Below, piece by piece: positions 9,400-19,920 of a stretch of DNA of 64,000 bases; position 1 is the first letter of the stretch; every line of letters starts with the position of its first letter. The notes beneath the pieces are model-generated. The model was not told where the DNA came from. It saw only the letters and a program-made list of their open reading frames with translations, and did no database searches. Both the position numbers and the translations under genes were made by a program. The stretch comes from a virus, in the IMG/VR virus record IMGVR_UViG_3300025168_000049, positions 22,775 through 86,774 of that record; one strand, written 5' to 3'.

Positions 9400-12300
9400 A
9401 TGGCGGCAGATTTAAAAATTCTTTTTGAAACCATAATTACCAAGGCTAACGTTACGGCGCCGGGTGATGGGGATAATCAAGCACAACTAACAGTTAGTGT
9501 TTCTGGTTGTTCTACTATGAGGCTTGTTTCAATACAAGATATCACTTCTGCTGTTGTTCTTTGTGAAACCGGTGAAAATGTAATTGCAACAGCTCCTACT
9601 TATGGATCCCATTCTAATTCTGATACTGATTGGGGTATAATAAAGTATGAGGATTTCATGATAGGAGATTGTCTAAACTGTGCCTGGAGTAGAACAATAC
9701 GAGTTAATATCCAGGATCCACTAGGTTTTTATCCAGATGAATTCATTGACAGACAAATTTGGTTTGCTCCCGCTTATTATAATTATGCAGCGGTAAATAC
9801 AACTCATGCTGACTATAATACTAGTGTTACCTGTGGAAATCTACAATTACATAATGATCTACCTTATTGTCCTACTGGTCTTCAACCAACATCTTGTGTA
9901 AGTCCTTTTGCTGACGGTACTTGGTATGGATCAAATGTAGACTGTAGAGGATCTGCTGATTGTCCTGCAGCTAGTACTTGTGATCCAACTACTGTTAATA
10001 ATCATTTTACTTTTAGATACGCTAAAGCTGTAACAGACCCTTTTGGTGCGATAGCTGGGTTAGTAACTAGTAAAGTAGTTAATGTTTCAAATACTTATAG
10101 AGTCGATACTGCCATACAAGAAAGTGTGCTAAACGACGCGTTTGGATCTGGAACAGAAGAGTTTGAAACATGGACTATTTCTGGAGGAGAAAGTATATAT
10201 TGGTGGAATAGTGGTTTAACAAATGCGGCTGTAACAACAGCTGGAGCTGGTGGATCAGCCACTAGTTTTACTTGGGATGATCTTTTACAAACTTTCCATT
10301 GGCATTGTTATGGTAATTCTGCTAATCCATGTGTAAGCCCTCCGTGTGTTCCGTCTAATGCTTTAGATATTAAGAGGGAGGGAGACGCTTTAGTTCAATA
10401 CAATTTAGTTATTTCGAGGTACTACAATGTCAGTTGTAATAACACTGGTAGTAAATGTAGTAATATGTTACAATGGTCTGAAATATGTGATCCAGATACA
10501 CCACCTAATATAAATGTTTCGTTGGGACCTCATCAGGATCTGAATAATGTTACAGTTACAGCAACTACAGGAATAGCTGCACCTGTTATTACTAATCTTA
10601 CTCCTATTTGTGGGCCAGTTAATAATCCAACTTTAGTTTATACTGGTCTTCCTGGTACAATTCTTGAGGCTACTGGAGAATGTTCATATACCCAAACAGA
10701 TTTTACTCCTCCTTGTACTATGCCGTGTACATTTACACCTCCAACTTGGGGTGTAGCTAATTGTGGGGGAGGAGCTATAACACCGGCAACTGATATTTAT
10801 GCTTGGTATGATATGACATCTTGGACCTCTTTGGAAGTTGTCAGTACATTTCTTACTTTAACAGAATATTGTTTTGGGCCTGGTGGATTACAATCTAATG
10901 GATGGACTGGTAAATTACATAATATATTAGGATCTACTGAAAGATTTGTAAACTGGGCAACATACCCAATGGATGGTACATTAAACAATGCGCAACCACT
11001 ACCCGCTGGACATTATCCAGTGTCAATAGCTGCTAACTACGGTCCTGCCTCTAAAATATTAAGAGTAGCTTCGTGGGTTGTATATCATGATCCTACCAGC
11101 GGTAATCCTCAAAATAATTGGTACACACAAACTACCGCAACTAATAATAGTACTGCTACTTTATTAGATATTAGAATGGATGCGGGGGGTAATTTGTTAC
11201 CAATGTCTAGTTGGACATATCTTGATGCAGATCAATTAGATTATGCAATGGTATCAGGTGCGCCTGCGCCTGCGTCAGCATATTTGGCTCCAGGATTTGG
11301 ATGGCAGGGAGGTTCTGTTATACCCTTACCGGGTACACTACCATCAAATGGAGTGGGATTAAATCTTATCTTTTTAGATGAGGCAGCGTCAGGTACACAA
11401 CCTTATCAATATGCTAATCAAACAAGTGCTAGAGGACCTTACTTTTTTAATACTGTATATAATTCAACTACAACTACGACAAGTTGGTTGGCTCCTAAAC
11501 CTGCATATATGGCGGATTATGATCTTTTTGTAAGTTTATATGAAGCTTTTAGAGCAGGGGGAGGACAAATATACTCTTTTGTATATCCTAGTAAGGCGAG
11601 TTCTAATGCCGCTTTAAATCAGACAGCAGGTTTTCCAAATTTTTGTACTGCCGCTATTTTTAGTGGAAATAGAGATACAGATGCTAAAAATAATCCAGCA
11701 TATACAGATGCAGCTCTAAACGAAGGAGTAGGTGGAGTAGGAACAGGTCTTAAAGATGGGCATTGGGAATTTGGTACTGTTGATGCTATACACCCTAATG
11801 GAAATCCTGTATTTCAACCTCCACATCAATATGTATTTGAACCTGAATGGACTATTGGTTCTGCTATGTGGCTAGCTGGGAATGCTGTAAATCCAACTGA
11901 CTATCCGATTATTGGTATTGCTAGTACTTTAGGAGTTCATATGGCAAATCCTATGAGAAGAAATGTTCTTTGGGACGCACCAAATACAACTACCGTTGCT
12001 ACAACTTATGGAGGATCAACAGGTACACGAGCATGGAGGCCTGGAGAGCATGATTATGGATATGGAGGTTTAGATAACTATCAATGGGATGCAAATGTAG
12101 CTTGTGCGCCTTTTACCCTATCTACATTTGATGAAGACCTTACACAATATATAGAGAATGAATTTGGATCAGGAGGTCCATGTAGTGGTGCACATTGTAT
12201 AACAATAGAAGTAACTGATGATGCTGGAATACCAATACCAAATTATCCTATTACACATAATTTAGATTCAGCTGGTGTTGTACCTGTAGGAACTACAAAT

Positions 12301-15300
12301 GCTTTAGGAATCTTTCAATATAGTTTAGGACCTGGAGCAATCCCTACTACTAGTTGTGTAATCAACAGCTGTATGGATATAATGATTAATAATGCTGCTA
12401 ATGGAGGATCTGCACCTAGTGGAGGAACCATGGGTGATTGTAAACAAACTAGAATACAGATATTTTTAGCTAAAAGTACTTTTGTAGTTGGTGCAAATAT
12501 AACTGCTCCGTGTTGTCCTACTATAGGATGTATGGATCCGTTAGCATGTAACTATGACTCTTCTGCGTGTGTGCCTTGTGATTCTACCCCACCAGATGGC
12601 ACGGGTGCAAGTACAGTACCTGGATCTTTAGGTGAATGTTGTATATATACTGCAGGATGTACTGACCCTAATGCTAATAATTATGATGCTACTGCTACGA
12701 ATGATTGTGGTTGTAATATTCTAGATACAACTCCTGGCTCAGCTTATATGGTTGCAGGAACACCGCAATCAGGTCAAACTAATTATGGAGATACATCTTG
12801 TTGTTTATATTCAGGTTGTTTAGATCCAAGTTCAGTAAGTTATAATCCGGTTAGCGCTCATATAGGTTGTAATAGTACAACTGGAGTCCCTACTTTATAT
12901 CCTGTACCAAGTATTCCAGGAATTGTTTCTGTAGCTACTTCGTACCCTGACTGCTGTCCAAGTACAAAAATGAATTGTTGTAATCCTAAATTTATATTAA
13001 ATGGGTCTTCAGTAAATCCTCCAGGTATGAGTGGATGTGACTTTTCTTACATATTCGATCCTTCATGCCAAGGTTTAAATACTCCTGGTTTAACAACTGT
13101 TACAAATTGGGATTATACATTAGAAATATGGGATCCAATAGGAATGTGGTGGTTGCAAGTAGGCGCAACAACTAATGTTGTTGGTAACACTTTTACTCCT
13201 GTAGAATTTCAATATGCATGTGCTACTGTTAATAGTTTTGGATCAGTAGCGGTAGATGATTTTACTGCTGGTGATGGTTATTATAGAGTAGTACTGAATG
13301 TTTGGTTTAGTGATGGAACATCTTGTCAAGAAGCGACGGATGCTCTTTGGAACACAGCAGATAATATAACTTTTGGTACATGTGGATGTACAAATCCTTT
13401 AGCTACTAATTACAATGCAGCAGCAACTTGTCCTTGTAATGATGCAGGAGTTCCTAATGATTGTTGTCTAGGTGTTTCTGGGTGTACATCATATGGATGT
13501 ATAGATACAGCAGCTGGTCCAAATCCAGATGTAAATGGACTTGATAGTACTCTTACTGCTTGTACTTATCCTTGTGCAAATGGTTATGCTGCTTTAAATT
13601 ATGACCCTGCTATAGCAGTAGGATGTCCTTGTGATGCTGCAGGAACAGCACTAGGGACTGCTCCAGGACAATGTTGTACATATTGTGTGTATGGATGTAA
13701 TGATCCTTCAGCTGCTAATTACAATCCACTTGCTACATGTGATGCAGTTAAAACATGTAATGCGGCAGGTACTGGATGTTGTATATGGTGGCATGTCTGG
13801 GAAAACTGTTCTACTGGAGAGAAGATATCTATTGGAGATACTACAGTAGGACCTACAATGGATGTGTACGATAATAATACAGCGCATGCTAATATAGAAG
13901 CAGCTTACGGAGGGTCAATTCCTGTTGGGCAAGCAGCTAAGTTTGATTATGTTGATCCAATATCTGGAGTAATAACTACTAAAGATTGTTGGCAGTATAA
14001 TGGGCAGTTTAGTGTTTTTGAAAATTATTTAAACCCAGGAAATATAACTACACACGCAAGTTTCTATGTAGATACAACAATTGTGGGAGGATCAAGTGGA
14101 GGAGATTGTAGTGCATGTGCTAGCCCTTGTCCACTAGGACAAATAGAAGTTGAGCTTCTTATGACTGATGATAATCTATCAGGATCAGGACTAGGCTGGG
14201 ATGGTTGGGAAGTGACGTTTACAGGACAAAATACTGGAGCTGTCTATGGGCCATTTACTATTAATTCAGGATCAGCTGGATTCCAACGTTTATGTATGAA
14301 AGAAGATTGTTACACTAATACTGTAGTAGATACAACTAGTAGTAGCGTAGGAAATACTGATCTTATGCAGTTTGAAATTGTAGATACAGCATCAGGTGTA
14401 AGTTTAACAGGTCCACATGGTATAGGTATAGTTCAATTTCAACTAGGCTCAGCATACACTTGTTGTATATACGGTTGTATGAATTCTCTTAATAATTTCT
14501 ATGACCCATCAGCTACTTGTCATTGTGATGATACAGATCCACAAGCTTTACTTTTAGGTCCAGCATGTGTAGGAAGTCAAAGTGGTCCTGATTGTTGTTG
14601 TGAAGAGTGTGTTTTTGGATGCACAGATCCGAGCGCACATAATTTTGATCCTTTAGCTACTTGTGATTGTGATATTTCAGGAACAGCTCAAGGTAATAAT
14701 GAGTGCTGTTGTTTTGATGATGGATGTCCAGATAATTATACTGTTCATGGATATAGTAATCCTACAGGTGCTTGTAACTATAATCCTTTAGCATGCGCAG
14801 ATTGTAATGCTAATGTAGGAGGAAGTGATACAAGCTGTTGTCATTATCCAGGTTGTACAGATCCATCAGCTACAAACTACGATTCATCAGCTACATGCCC
14901 ATGTAATGGAACTACTGGGATTCCAGGTGTAGATAATGATTGTTGTACTTATTGTGTTTATGGTTGTATGAATCCAGGAGCGGCTAACTATGATCCGTTA
15001 GCTACTTGTCCATGTGACGCAACAAATGTAGGATGTACTACAAGTGGAGTACCTACAGCTTGTTCAGGTCCAGGAGTAGGGTGGGGACAATGTTGTGATA
15101 TAGGTATTGCAGGATGTATGGATGGAGGACTTACAGGATATACAGCAGCTTTAGGATTTGGTTCTGCAGATGATGGAATCACTGCTTTAAACTATAATGC
15201 TTTAGCTACTGTTGATGATGGTTCTTGTGTATATTGTACATATGGATGTACAAATTCATCTTTTACTAACTATGATCCATCAGCAGGATGTGCTTGTGAC

Positions 15301-17505
15301 GATGCTGATCCTAATTCTTTAATATTATCACCTTGTGTAAATGATTTAAGTGGAACTATGCAAACTGGAATAGATTGTTGTTGTACAGATTGTATTTATG
15401 GATGTACTGATCCTACTGTTTCTAATTATAATCCTTTAGCAACTTGTGACGATGGATCATGTTGTGTTGACGGATGTACAGATCCAACTCAATGTGTTTA
15501 TGATCCAGCAGCAACTTGTGATAATGGTTCTTGCTCTCCTTGTACAACTGGATGTGCAGACGCAACAGCATTAAATTATGACCCATTAATAGCTACTAAT
15601 GATCCTGATGCTTGTTTTTATTGTAATCTTGCTACAGGACAATTAGACAACAGTTTTTCAGGAAGTCATCCAATTGTTAGTCCTGCATCTATAGTTTGGG
15701 GATCTGTTGAGACTAATACTACTATACTCACAGGTACTTTTACAGGTGCTGCTGATGGTCAAATACAATTTTTAGGAACAGATAATATTGCTAATACCAC
15801 AATGTCTACGAATGCTGCATATTTAGGGATGACATGGAAGTTAGAACTATATAAAACAAATGCATATTGTGACGCTTGGGATGCAGCCGGATCTGTTTTA
15901 ACAGCTACACAAACAGGATTAACAAATCCTGTACATACTTTTACTGGTCTAGGTTATGGATACTACACTGTAAAAGCAATGCTTGATGATGGTATTGGAG
16001 GAGTAGTTGGATGGGAAGAATGTTGGCAAACAGCATGTGGAACTGTAATGGGAGAAGTATGTTGTACATACAATGCTACAAACTTCTGCACTGTAAATTG
16101 TCCTCCTGTTTATCTGCAAAGTTGTAACTCATCAAGTTGTATTGGTATACCTGGTTGTACTTGTGGCGGATGGGGAGGTGAAATTTGGCTTCCTACAGGT
16201 AGTCTATGCTCTAATATGGGAACATTATGTTTTCAGATGGTATGCGGTGATTATATGTTCGACGTTGCATGGGCTGTAACAAACTCTGCTGGAACTGTAG
16301 TTGGATCTGCAACAGTTATTAATACTACAGGATTCATTAATGAAACTCCGTGTATCTCTAATTTACCTGTAGATGTATATACTATTACTATAACTGAATT
16401 AAGTTCTCCTCAATATATTTGCCCTCCTGTTACTCTAACACTTTCTCCACCTGCAGTTATCTGTGATTGTACAGATGCTACAAATGCAGGTTATAATCCT
16501 AGTGCTACACATAATTGTGATGGTACTAATTTAGGAACAACGTTAGCAGGATGGGACGATTGTTGTACTGGATGTGCAGATTTTGGGTGTACAGATCCAA
16601 ATGCTTTAAATTATGATGCTTCTATATTACCGGGATGTGAATGTTGTTGTACGTATGATATTCCTGGATGTATGGACCCTGACGCTCAGAACTATAATAT
16701 AGGTGCTACTGTTCCATGTGATTTAATTAACTATAGTACAGATTGTTGTGAGTATTGTCCAGTACCTACTTGGTCATGTCTTCCTAATCCTGCTACCGTT
16801 ACAGATGATTGTGGATTAACAGGAACACCACCTTCAAGTGGATGGCTTGACTATGAAGGACATAATCCTAATAATGGCTCTGTTCCTGCAGGACCATCAG
16901 TAGCTATGGAAGCAGCAGGACTACAAGCAAGTGGAGCTGCGCTTTCTTATACCCATTTTGTTAATGCAGAAATGGCTGTTAATGGTATTGTTGTGACACA
17001 TGGGATAGATGCAGACTTTACAAACTATCCTGTACGAACTAATAAAACATGTCCACCAGGGTTAGAGGATACTTGTTGTAGTGAAATTGTTCCTGGGGTA
17101 CATCCTGTGCCATTAATGATTATGAAAGTTCATTATATAACCCATACCTCATTAAGTGCTCAGTATACTACTTGGAGAACTTATATTGATGCAGCTATAT
17201 TATTAGGAGGTTCTGCAGCACAAGCTGTTTTAATATCTAATGCAGCAGTAGCTCCTCCAGGGTTTGTTACAGATCCTACTAATGCTTATGGTACTCCAAC
17301 TCATTACTTAGCTAATATGTCTGAAAGTGCATCAACTGCTTGGGGTAGCCCAGTATCTACACTACTTATAGGAGGTGGCTCCTCAATCAACGCTAATAGA
17401 ACTAATTGGTCATCATGTTGTACAGGTCCATGTTCATGTATAGAAGATACATTTGGAACATATGGAAATATCTGGTCTTGTCAAGATGACCCTAATCATA
17501 TTTAA
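9400..17505 (+). CDS. Giant 2701-aa Cys/Gly/Thr/Pro-rich repeat protein, putative tail fibre/adhesin
   Basis: About 19 copies of GC[T/M]DPxAxNY[D/N]PxAT, some ending DDGSC. Very low K/R content. Lies in the tail region. Confidence 0.65.
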   Translation: MAADLKILFETIITKANVTAPGDGDNQAQLTVSVSGCSTMRLVSIQDITSAVVLCETGENVIATAPTYGSHSNSDTDWGIIKYEDFMIGDCLNCAWSRTIRVNIQDPLGFYPDEFIDRQIWFAPAYYNYAAVNTTHADYNTSVTCGNLQLHNDLPYCPTGLQPTSCVSPFADGTWYGSNVDCRGSADCPAASTCDPTTVNNHFTFRYAKAVTDPFGAIAGLVTSKVVNVSNTYRVDTAIQESVLNDAFGSGTEEFETWTISGGESIYWWNSGLTNAAVTTAGAGGSATSFTWDDLLQTFHWHCYGNSANPCVSPPCVPSNALDIKREGDALVQYNLVISRYYNVSCNNTGSKCSNMLQWSEICDPDTPPNINVSLGPHQDLNNVTVTATTGIAAPVITNLTPICGPVNNPTLVYTGLPGTILEATGECSYTQTDFTPPCTMPCTFTPPTWGVANCGGGAITPATDIYAWYDMTSWTSLEVVSTFLTLTEYCFGPGGLQSNGWTGKLHNILGSTERFVNWATYPMDGTLNNAQPLPAGHYPVSIAANYGPASKILRVASWVVYHDPTSGNPQNNWYTQTTATNNSTATLLDIRMDAGGNLLPMSSWTYLDADQLDYAMVSGAPAPASAYLAPGFGWQGGSVIPLPGTLPSNGVGLNLIFLDEAASGTQPYQYANQTSARGPYFFNTVYNSTTTTTSWLAPKPAYMADYDLFVSLYEAFRAGGGQIYSFVYPSKASSNAALNQTAGFPNFCTAAIFSGNRDTDAKNNPAYTDAALNEGVGGVGTGLKDGHWEFGTVDAIHPNGNPVFQPPHQYVFEPEWTIGSAMWLAGNAVNPTDYPIIGIASTLGVHMANPMRRNVLWDAPNTTTVATTYGGSTGTRAWRPGEHDYGYGGLDNYQWDANVACAPFTLSTFDEDLTQYIENEFGSGGPCSGAHCITIEVTDDAGIPIPNYPITHNLDSAGVVPVGTTNALGIFQYSLGPGAIPTTSCVINSCMDIMINNAANGGSAPSGGTMGDCKQTRIQIFLAKSTFVVGANITAPCCPTIGCMDPLACNYDSSACVPCDSTPPDGTGASTVPGSLGECCIYTAGCTDPNANNYDATATNDCGCNILDTTPGSAYMVAGTPQSGQTNYGDTSCCLYSGCLDPSSVSYNPVSAHIGCNSTTGVPTLYPVPSIPGIVSVATSYPDCCPSTKMNCCNPKFILNGSSVNPPGMSGCDFSYIFDPSCQGLNTPGLTTVTNWDYTLEIWDPIGMWWLQVGATTNVVGNTFTPVEFQYACATVNSFGSVAVDDFTAGDGYYRVVLNVWFSDGTSCQEATDALWNTADNITFGTCGCTNPLATNYNAAATCPCNDAGVPNDCCLGVSGCTSYGCIDTAAGPNPDVNGLDSTLTACTYPCANGYAALNYDPAIAVGCPCDAAGTALGTAPGQCCTYCVYGCNDPSAANYNPLATCDAVKTCNAAGTGCCIWWHVWENCSTGEKISIGDTTVGPTMDVYDNNTAHANIEAAYGGSIPVGQAAKFDYVDPISGVITTKDCWQYNGQFSVFENYLNPGNITTHASFYVDTTIVGGSSGGDCSACASPCPLGQIEVELLMTDDNLSGSGLGWDGWEVTFTGQNTGAVYGPFTINSGSAGFQRLCMKEDCYTNTVVDTTSSSVGNTDLMQFEIVDTASGVSLTGPHGIGIVQFQLGSAYTCCIYGCMNSLNNFYDPSATCHCDDTDPQALLLGPACVGSQSGPDCCCEECVFGCTDPSAHNFDPLATCDCDISGTAQGNNECCCFDDGCPDNYTVHGYSNPTGACNYNPLACADCNANVGGSDTSCCHYPGCTDPSATNYDSSATCPCNGTTGIPGVDNDCCTYCVYGCMNPGAANYDPLATCPCDATNVGCTTSGVPTACSGPGVGWGQCCDIGIAGCMDGGLTGYTAALGFGSADDGITALNYNALATVDDGSCVYCTYGCTNSSFTNYDPSAGCACDDADPNSLILSPCVNDLSGTMQTGIDCCCTDCIYGCTDPTVSNYNPLATCDDGSCCVDGCTDPTQCVYDPAATCDNGSCSPCTTGCADATALNYDPLIATNDPDACFYCNLATGQLDNSFSGSHPIVSPASIVWGSVETNTTILTGTFTGAADGQIQFLGTDNIANTTMSTNAAYLGMTWKLELYKTNAYCDAWDAAGSVLTATQTGLTNPVHTFTGLGYGYYTVKAMLDDGIGGVVGWEECWQTACGTVMGEVCCTYNATNFCTVNCPPVYLQSCNSSSCIGIPGCTCGGWGGEIWLPTGSLCSNMGTLCFQMVCGDYMFDVAWAVTNSAGTVVGSATVINTTGFINETPCISNLPVDVYTITITELSSPQYICPPVTLTLSPPAVICDCTDATNAGYNPSATHNCDGTNLGTTLAGWDDCCTGCADFGCTDPNALNYDASILPGCECCCTYDIPGCMDPDAQNYNIGATVPCDLINYSTDCCEYCPVPTWSCLPNPATVTDDCGLTGTPPSSGWLDYEGHNPNNGSVPAGPSVAMEAAGLQASGAALSYTHFVNAEMAVNGIVVTHGIDADFTNYPVRTNKTCPPGLEDTCCSEIVPGVHPVPLMIMKVHYITHTSLSAQYTTWRTYIDAAILLGGSAAQAVLISNAAVAPPGFVTDPTNAYGTPTHYLANMSESASTAWGSPVSTLLIGGGSSINANRTNWSSCCTGPCSCIEDTFGTYGNIWSCQDDPNHI
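12526..16710 (+). repeat. Dispersed GCTDP-type coding repeats
   Basis: Examples: GCMDPLACNYDS, GCTDPNANNYDA, GCTDPSAHNFDP, GCTDPSATNYDS, GCTDPTVSNYNPLATCDDGSC, GCMDPDAQNYN. Confidence 0.85.
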
Positions 17506-17515
17506 AAAATAAATT

Positions 17516-17827
17516 ATGGCAACAACACCTCAATATGTACAAGATATCATCCTACCTATGGTAAGAGAATGCATTATTAGAAAAGGAGGAAGTGTATTAT
17601 TAAAACAACAAGTGGGATTACGAGATACCTGTTCAACTATGCATACTTGGACATTAATATTAATAGATTATTTACTGTCAAAAGAAGACTTATCTTGCAT
17701 GTATTCATGTGCTTCAGAGAGTTATCTTACAAATAGTGATGAATATTTAAATAAATTTGTTAACTTTGCAAACAAATATTGTGAGGAATGTAAATCTACG
17801 GTAAAGACGCCGTATCCTCCAAATTAA
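17516..17827 (+). CDS. Small Cys-containing structural protein
   Basis: 103-aa ORF with CxxxC and CxxC. A-rich start context. Confidence 0.55.
   Translation: MATTPQYVQDIILPMVRECIIRKGGSVLLKQQVGLRDTCSTMHTWTLILIDYLLSKEDLSCMYSCASESYLTNSDEYLNKFVNFANKYCEECKSTVKTPYPPN
17761..17768 (+). promoter_or_regulatory. Possible -7 promoter element TAACTTTG(CA)
   Basis: Matches TAnnTTTG 84 nt upstream of the ATG at 17853, but lies inside a CDS and could be chance. Confidence 0.35.
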
Positions 17828-17852
17828 ACCTAACCAATATAAAATTAAAAAA

Positions 17853-18269
17853 ATGACAACAATTACTGCAACAAAAGGAGAATTCGTAAATTTAGTAAAC
17901 GGGCTATATTCTATACGAACTCTTAAGGGAAAAGAATTTGGATTTAAAGTTTTAAATAACTTAGAACTTCTTCAAACGTCTTTAAAAGACCTAGAAGATT
18001 TAGGACGTCCATCAGATGAATTTTTAAAAGTAGCGGAGCAAATGAATTCTATTGCTAATAGAAACTCTCCAGAAGGAGTAGCTGAAACTAAAGTTATAGA
18101 AGAAGAGAACAAGGAGCTAATTGATGTTCGTAAAGCACAGTTAGATGAAGTTAAGGTAGTTATGGAAGAAGAAACATCTATAGAATTAGAACTTATAGAA
18201 AAGGCTTTAGTTCCAGAAGAAATCTCTATAGAAGATTTAATGAATATTAAAAAAATAATACAAGACTAA
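17853..18269 (+). CDS. Hypothetical acidic helical protein (possible fibre chaperone)
   Basis: 138-aa, E/K-rich helical ORF among the fibre genes. Confidence 0.5.
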   Translation: MTTITATKGEFVNLVNGLYSIRTLKGKEFGFKVLNNLELLQTSLKDLEDLGRPSDEFLKVAEQMNSIANRNSPEGVAETKVIEEENKELIDVRKAQLDEVKVVMEEETSIELELIEKALVPEEISIEDLMNIKKIIQD

Positions 18270-18271
18270 TT

Positions 18272-18760
18272 ATGGCAAAAGCAAGAAATACAGAGGAAAT
18301 CCTCTTACAACAAACACGAGATAAATCAGTAGAACTAAAAGGTGATGTTATATTAGATGATGCTAATATAGCAATTACTGCTGCACAAACTACAATCTCA
18401 GCTACTCAGAATACAACTTCAGCATCACAAAATACAATCTCAGCAGCACAAAATACAACTTCAGCTACTAAGGCTACAGCTATAGCAGCGACTGCTGAAA
18501 CATCGTTAGATAGATCTATTGGAAGAAAAGGATGTGAGATGCGGACATCAGCTTCAGATGCACTAGAAGAAATTGAGGCAGATACATATTACGCTATACA
18601 AATGATAAATGATACTACTTTTGACCTTTTAACTGGACTAAACTGTACTGGAACTTTTACAGGCATCGTATATCCAGCTGGCAGTGTTATTTATCTGAAT
18701 GTATCTATGTTTAGTATATCTGTAGGAGGACCTGCAATATTATATAAAGCACAAGCATAG
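18272..18760 (+). CDS. Putative head/tail fibre protein with heptad stalk
   Basis: Four 7-aa repeats, then a small beta domain (YYAIQMINDTTF...YPAGSVIY). Confidence 0.5.
   Translation: MAKARNTEEILLQQTRDKSVELKGDVILDDANIAITAAQTTISATQNTTSASQNTISAAQNTTSATKATAIAATAETSLDRSIGRKGCEMRTSASDALEEIEADTYYAIQMINDTTFDLLTGLNCTGTFTGIVYPAGSVIYLNVSMFSISVGGPAILYKAQA
18380..18463 (+). repeat. 4 x 21-nt in-frame tandem repeat
   Basis: gctgcacaaactacaatctca / gctactcagaatacaacttca / gcatcacaaaatacaatctca / gcagcacaaaatacaacttca. Confidence 0.85.
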
Positions 18761-19515
18761 TGGCATTTTCGGTGAACATATCTAATAGTCTAAATAAATA
18801 CAAACGAGCATTTGCTCCAAGTAGACTACCAGAGGTGTTTTTGTGGCTACATTTAAATGATTCTAGTCAATATGTTTTAGATTCAGGTACAATAGCAGAA
18901 TGGAAAAATGCAGTAGATTCTGATAATGACTACACTAATGGTAGTGTAACTAGATCTCCTACATTAGTAGGAGGTCCATTAACAGCTTTAAAAGATAAAT
19001 CTTTATCTTTTGATGGAGGAGATTATTTAGTAGGAGCTGTTCCAAAAGCTATTGGTGGCCCAACTGCAGGCACTTTTGCAATAGTTTATACAAACGCTAA
19101 TTGGGCTGCGGCATCTGCTCAAGTAATTATAGGAGATGATAATACAAACAATAGCTTTGTTCGTTCATCAAGTGCTACGAATTTTACTTTTAAAGCGTAT
19201 GATGGAAGTACTACATCTTCTAAAGGCTTGGCTACTGATGTGACTTTAGTAAATGGTCAATTTTATGTTTTTATAGTAACAGTATCACTAATAGGAAACG
19301 TTAAAATGTATATTGATGGTGTTCTTCAAAGTAATAGTCCAACTTTTAATCCTGCAGAGTCTCAACTTATAATCCAAGAAATAGGAGCTAAGAATGGCCC
19401 TTCACAACCATTAACTGGGTCGGTTAAAGAAGTAGTAGCTACAACGGCAGTCTTAACAGACTCTGAAAGAATAAAATTAAATAGTTATCTAGGACACAGA
19501 CACGGAATACTCTAA
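18760..19515 (+). CDS. LamG / concanavalin A-like lectin domain fibre protein
   Basis: LWL..ND, WKN, LSFDGGDYL, KMYIDGVLQ, IGA, G.VKEVV and ERIKLNSYL form the typical phage LamG pattern. GTG start overlaps the upstream TAG. Confidence 0.75.
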   Translation: MAFSVNISNSLNKYKRAFAPSRLPEVFLWLHLNDSSQYVLDSGTIAEWKNAVDSDNDYTNGSVTRSPTLVGGPLTALKDKSLSFDGGDYLVGAVPKAIGGPTAGTFAIVYTNANWAAASAQVIIGDDNTNNSFVRSSSATNFTFKAYDGSTTSSKGLATDVTLVNGQFYVFIVTVSLIGNVKMYIDGVLQSNSPTFNPAESQLIIQEIGAKNGPSQPLTGSVKEVVATTAVLTDSERIKLNSYLGHRHGIL

Positions 19516-19519
19516 AATT

Positions 19520-19831
19520 ATGGCAACAACAAAACAAGAAATAGCACTAATGAAAAAGGATATAGAAACTTTGAGCGGAGATATAAAACAATTAAATAAA
19601 AAGATAGATACTTTAATGATTAAACTGCTCGACCCAGATGAAGGAATAGTAATTAGAGTTAATAAAAATACTGCTCGTTTAGATGAAAGAGATCAAAACA
19701 TGGACAAGTGGTTAAAAGACATTGAAGATTTCCATCATATGAAAAAATGGAAATTAGGAGTTAATAAAGCATTATGGGTTGTATACGCAGCTATTATAGG
19801 ATTCATAATTAGAGTATTATTTTGGGAATAA
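19520..19831 (+). CDS. Coiled-coil protein with C-terminal TM helix (holin/XhlA-like)
   Basis: Heptads followed by ALWVVYAAIIGFIIRVLFW. Confidence 0.55.
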   Translation: MATTKQEIALMKKDIETLSGDIKQLNKKIDTLMIKLLDPDEGIVIRVNKNTARLDERDQNMDKWLKDIEDFHHMKKWKLGVNKALWVVYAAIIGFIIRVLFWE

Positions 19832-19908
19832 TAAAAAACATAGATCCTATTTGGAAGGTATTTTTATCTTACCTTTTAATGCTAGGATTGATAATATTAA
19901 TAAATTAA
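19831..19908 (+). CDS. Unannotated 25-aa membrane peptide, ATA start or decayed start
   Basis: ATA at 19831 overlaps the upstream TAA and reads (M)KNIDPIWKVFLSYLLMLGLIILIN*, filling the intergenic gap. Confidence 0.4.
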   Translation: MKNIDPIWKVFLSYLLMLGLIILIN

Positions 19909-19920
19909 AAAAACAAAGAT

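Noticed and set aside
12526-16710. CRISPR-like array or DGR template/variable repeats
   Set aside because: Repeats are conserved at the protein level with synonymous divergence and irregular spacing. No cas or reverse transcriptase gene is in the window.
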